Positions 61,498 to 64,000 of a DNA stretch of 64,000 nt are shown in pieces. The DNA is from Dictyostelium discoideum. Lineage: Eukaryota. The DNA lies in the NCBI GenBank assembly GCA_000004695.1, contig CM000150.2:1856001-1920000 (forward strand), given 5' to 3'. A program made the position numbers and the translations under genes. Position 1 is the first letter of the stretch, and every line of letters begins with the position of its first letter. The notes beneath the pieces were generated by a model. The model did no database searches. It worked only from the letters and a program-made list of their open reading frames with translations, and had not been told where the DNA came from.

Positions 61498-62642
61498 CAT
61501 TTATTAACTTTATATATATATTTAAAAAAAAAAAAAGTTATTTTATATTATTATATTTTCATTATCAGTTTCAAATTTAGTTTTAGCGATTAAATCAATT
61601 AAAGAGATATTACCAGTTATTGAATTTTTAAAGAATGATGGATATAGTAATAGGGATGATATTATTGTACCAACTGAAATTTTTAATGGTGCTTTAGTTT
61701 CAAAATTATATTCATCAGTTGGTGCTGTTTCTCAAGAGAAAACATATACAGCTGCAATTAGTTCATTTGAAAAATTATTTAATGATTTTCAAACTTTATT
61801 TAAAATGCCTCATTTATTAGATTCAACAATTCAAAGACAACAATTATTACAATTACATCAACAACAGCAACAACATCAACAACAACAACAAAATATAACA
61901 ACAGATCAAGATAATAATAATAATAATAATAATAATGAAACAACAGCAGCACCAGTAGTTTCAGGTAAAAATAAATCAAAAGTTGAAAAAAGTGAATCAA
62001 TTAAAATTGGTGCAATTTTAGATTATCATTTTTATTTTAGTAGACCATCACCAAATATTGTTACAAGATCAGTATTAAGAGTAAATTATCTCATATATAT
62101 ATATATCATATAAATTTAAAGTATATTAATATTTTATTTTTATTTTATAGAGATTATTATTTCCATTACCATTAGGACAATTTTTTAAAAATGATACAAT
62201 TGAAGAATCATTAATTGAATGGATGCATGAATTTGGTATACCAATGGATAAATTAGTAAATAGAGAGAAAGAGGGTGTACCAATGTTTATAGATACAGTA
62301 TCAAAAGTTATTCAAAAATTATTTGTTCATATGGCATTGAATAGAGCAAGACAAAGAAGAAAATTAAAGGTATCATTATTTGAATTATCATTATTACAAA
62401 ATGAAGCAGATATATTGGATACAAAGATTGCAAAAGAACCAACAAACGTTTCAATTTATTTTGGTTCTTTTATATTTCACTTAAAATTAAGAGTTATGCA
62501 ACATTATCTTTTCTTAGGTTTTGAATTAGATATCTATTCATATCATGAATTTCCAAGTGTTTATTATTATTTAGATTATTTTTATAATATTCAATCAAAT
62601 GTTTCAAATTATGTTTATAAATTAAATTATAATAATAATATA

Positions 62643-62673
<31 letters not shown>

Positions 62674-63356
62674 GTAGTAGTAATAGTAGTCAACAACAGC
62701 AACAGCAACAGCAATCAAATAAAAAAAATAAAAATAAAAATAAAAATAAAAATACACAATCAAATAATAATAATAATAATAATAATATACAACAACAACA
62801 ACAACAACAAGCACCACCACCACCACCACCAACAATTGAAAGAACATTATTAGTTGCATATCATACTGCTGTAAGAGCAATGTTTAGATTTTTAGTAGTA
62901 TTGAAACAAAATGGTAAAATTGTTGACCCAGTTTGTGATTTTGGTAATGATGATCTTAGATTTATGAAAAAGTTTGAACCATTTTTCAATCCACCTTATC
63001 AACAACCTGAACCATTGACAAATGAAATTTGTAAGAATTCAACAAAAACTAATGAACCTTGGATATCTTTAGTGATTACAACTTTGGATATATTAAAACA
63101 AAGTAAATCCGCTATAGATGTATTACTATTACCAGAATCTAAATTTAATGTTCCAATTCCTTTCTACCAAGTCGAGGAAGCAAAACAATTACAACGTTCA
63201 ATTCTTTCAATGCGTTTACAAATTCAAAAGTTATTACCATCATTTGATCTATCAAAATTAACAATTGAAAAAGTTTTAGCATTACCAATTCCTAAATTTT
63301 CTGTTCAAATCGAAACAAAACCTTATTTCCCAAATATTAATATTAAATTAGATTAA
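60625..63356 (+). CDS. N-alpha-acetyltransferase 35, NatC auxiliary subunit (NAA35/Mak10 family), about 4 exons
   Basis: Exon 1 spans 60625..60849 (MADN17SSAVESIIESFNNVSLVEKCWVDALPILKEASNDMYLGQLIHSNDFQLESATHSLE, which aligns with human NAA35 [37 protein letters not shown]; donor gtaagt). Exon 2 spans about 60938..61450 (IMNPKLDTRAKGEH...FSCMYLHFP... vs MMDPKMDAGMIGNQ...FTCLYIHNP; donor gtaagt). Exon 3 spans about 61581..62080 (..PTEIFNGALVSKLYSSVGAVSQEKTYTAAISSFEKLFNDFQTLFKM vs [42 protein letters not shown]; donor gtaaat). Exon 4 spans 62151..63356 (HMALNRARQRRKLKVSLFELSLLQNEADILD vs [53 protein letters not shown] vs [22 protein letters not shown]). Exon 2 and exon 3 start coordinates are approximate because no canonical AG lies in the required phase. 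Confidence 0.75.
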
Positions 63357-63913
63357 AAAAAAAAAATTAAAAAAAAAAAAAATTAAAAAAACTATTTATA
63401 GAAAAAAAAAAAAAAAAAATTAAATAAAATAAAATAAAATAAAAATGAATAAAAAAAATGAAAAATCATATTTTATTATCTCTTTTTTTTTTTTTTTTTT
63501 TTTTTTTGGTATTATTTTTTTAAAAAGATATTTTCCCATTTTTTTTTTCGTCCATCCATTAAAATAAAAAACGTTAAAAACCACCTGGCTAAAATTTTTT
63601 TTTTTTTTTTTTTATTTTTTTTTATTTTTTTTTTTTTTTTGATAACTTTTCAAAATTTTTTTTTTAATACACCACTTATCCCACTCGCACTATCTCTGGG
63701 GAATAATTTTTATTCATAATCTTTTTTATTGAATACATTTAAATTAAATTCAGACTTTTTATTTTTATATTTTTTTTTTATGTTTGTTTATTAAAAAAAA
63801 AAAAAAAAAAAAGTAAAAAAAAATAAAAAATAAAAAAATAAAAAAAAAAATAAACAAATAAATAAATAAATAAAAATAAATAAAAAAATAAAAAAATATA
63901 TTGGGCCAAAAGG

Positions 63914-63960
<47 letters not shown>

Positions 63961-64000
63961 ACATAATATAAAAATGACAACAAGAATAAATAATAATAGG

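Noticed and set aside
61800-62880. ORFs 61800..62000 (-) and 62494..62880 (-) (poly-Y/poly-V)
   Set aside because: Antisense shadows of poly-Q/poly-N coding tracts within NAA35 exons.
63765-63983. Two minus-strand poly-F ORFs
   Set aside because: Pure poly-A/T tract translation at the window end.

Overview
This window is 64 kb of extremely AT-rich eukaryotic nuclear DNA with the hallmarks of Dictyostelium discoideum: about 22% GC, long poly-A/T tracts, (AAT)n microsatellites, coding poly-N/poly-Q/poly-T runs, and short AT-rich introns with GTAAGT donors and (T)nAG acceptors. The supplied ORF table appears to allow alternative start codons, so several of its 'M' starts are TTG rather than ATG. 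Features from 5' to 3': (1) the 5' end of mitochondrial NAD(P) transhydrogenase on the minus strand; (2) a single-exon hemerythrin-like protein flanked by EEVKP(V/T) repeats; (3) a four-exon secreted Cys-rich glycoprotein; (4) tRNA-Thr(AGU) with a downstream ex-B-box-like motif and a 14-bp minisatellite derived from it; (5) a two-exon truncated protein kinase (C-lobe only); (6) the centrepiece, a head-to-tail array of three giant minus-strand paralogs (about 1764, 2314 and 2523 aa). Each has a micro-exon plus one intron, four copies of an unknown N-terminal helical module joined by P/T linkers, and a UPF1/SEN1-like SF1B helicase core. In the two larger genes the helicase is fused to a C-terminal Cid1/GLD2-type nucleotidyltransferase (TUTase/ncPAP) domain. 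A composite pseudogene scar lies between the first two genes. Next come (7) mitochondrial aspartate aminotransferase; (8) cyclin H, whose intron carries an (AAT)60 tract; (9) two Class-I-like ncRNA genes with DUSE promoter motifs at -63; (10) a roughly 2.6 kb tandem segmental duplication, each unit carrying an inverted pair of related 54-58 aa ORFs; (11) a five-exon TBC RabGAP with a poly-N tail; (12) a NELF-C/D (TH1-like) homolog; (13) a transmembrane purple-acid-phosphatase-like protein with an anomalous GC-rich patch; (14) a sphingolipid-synthase/PAP2-like membrane protein; (15) an N-rich beta-helix-like ORF chain interrupted by in-frame stops; and (16) the NAA35/Mak10 NatC subunit. I found no retrotransposon (RT/IN/LTR) signatures.
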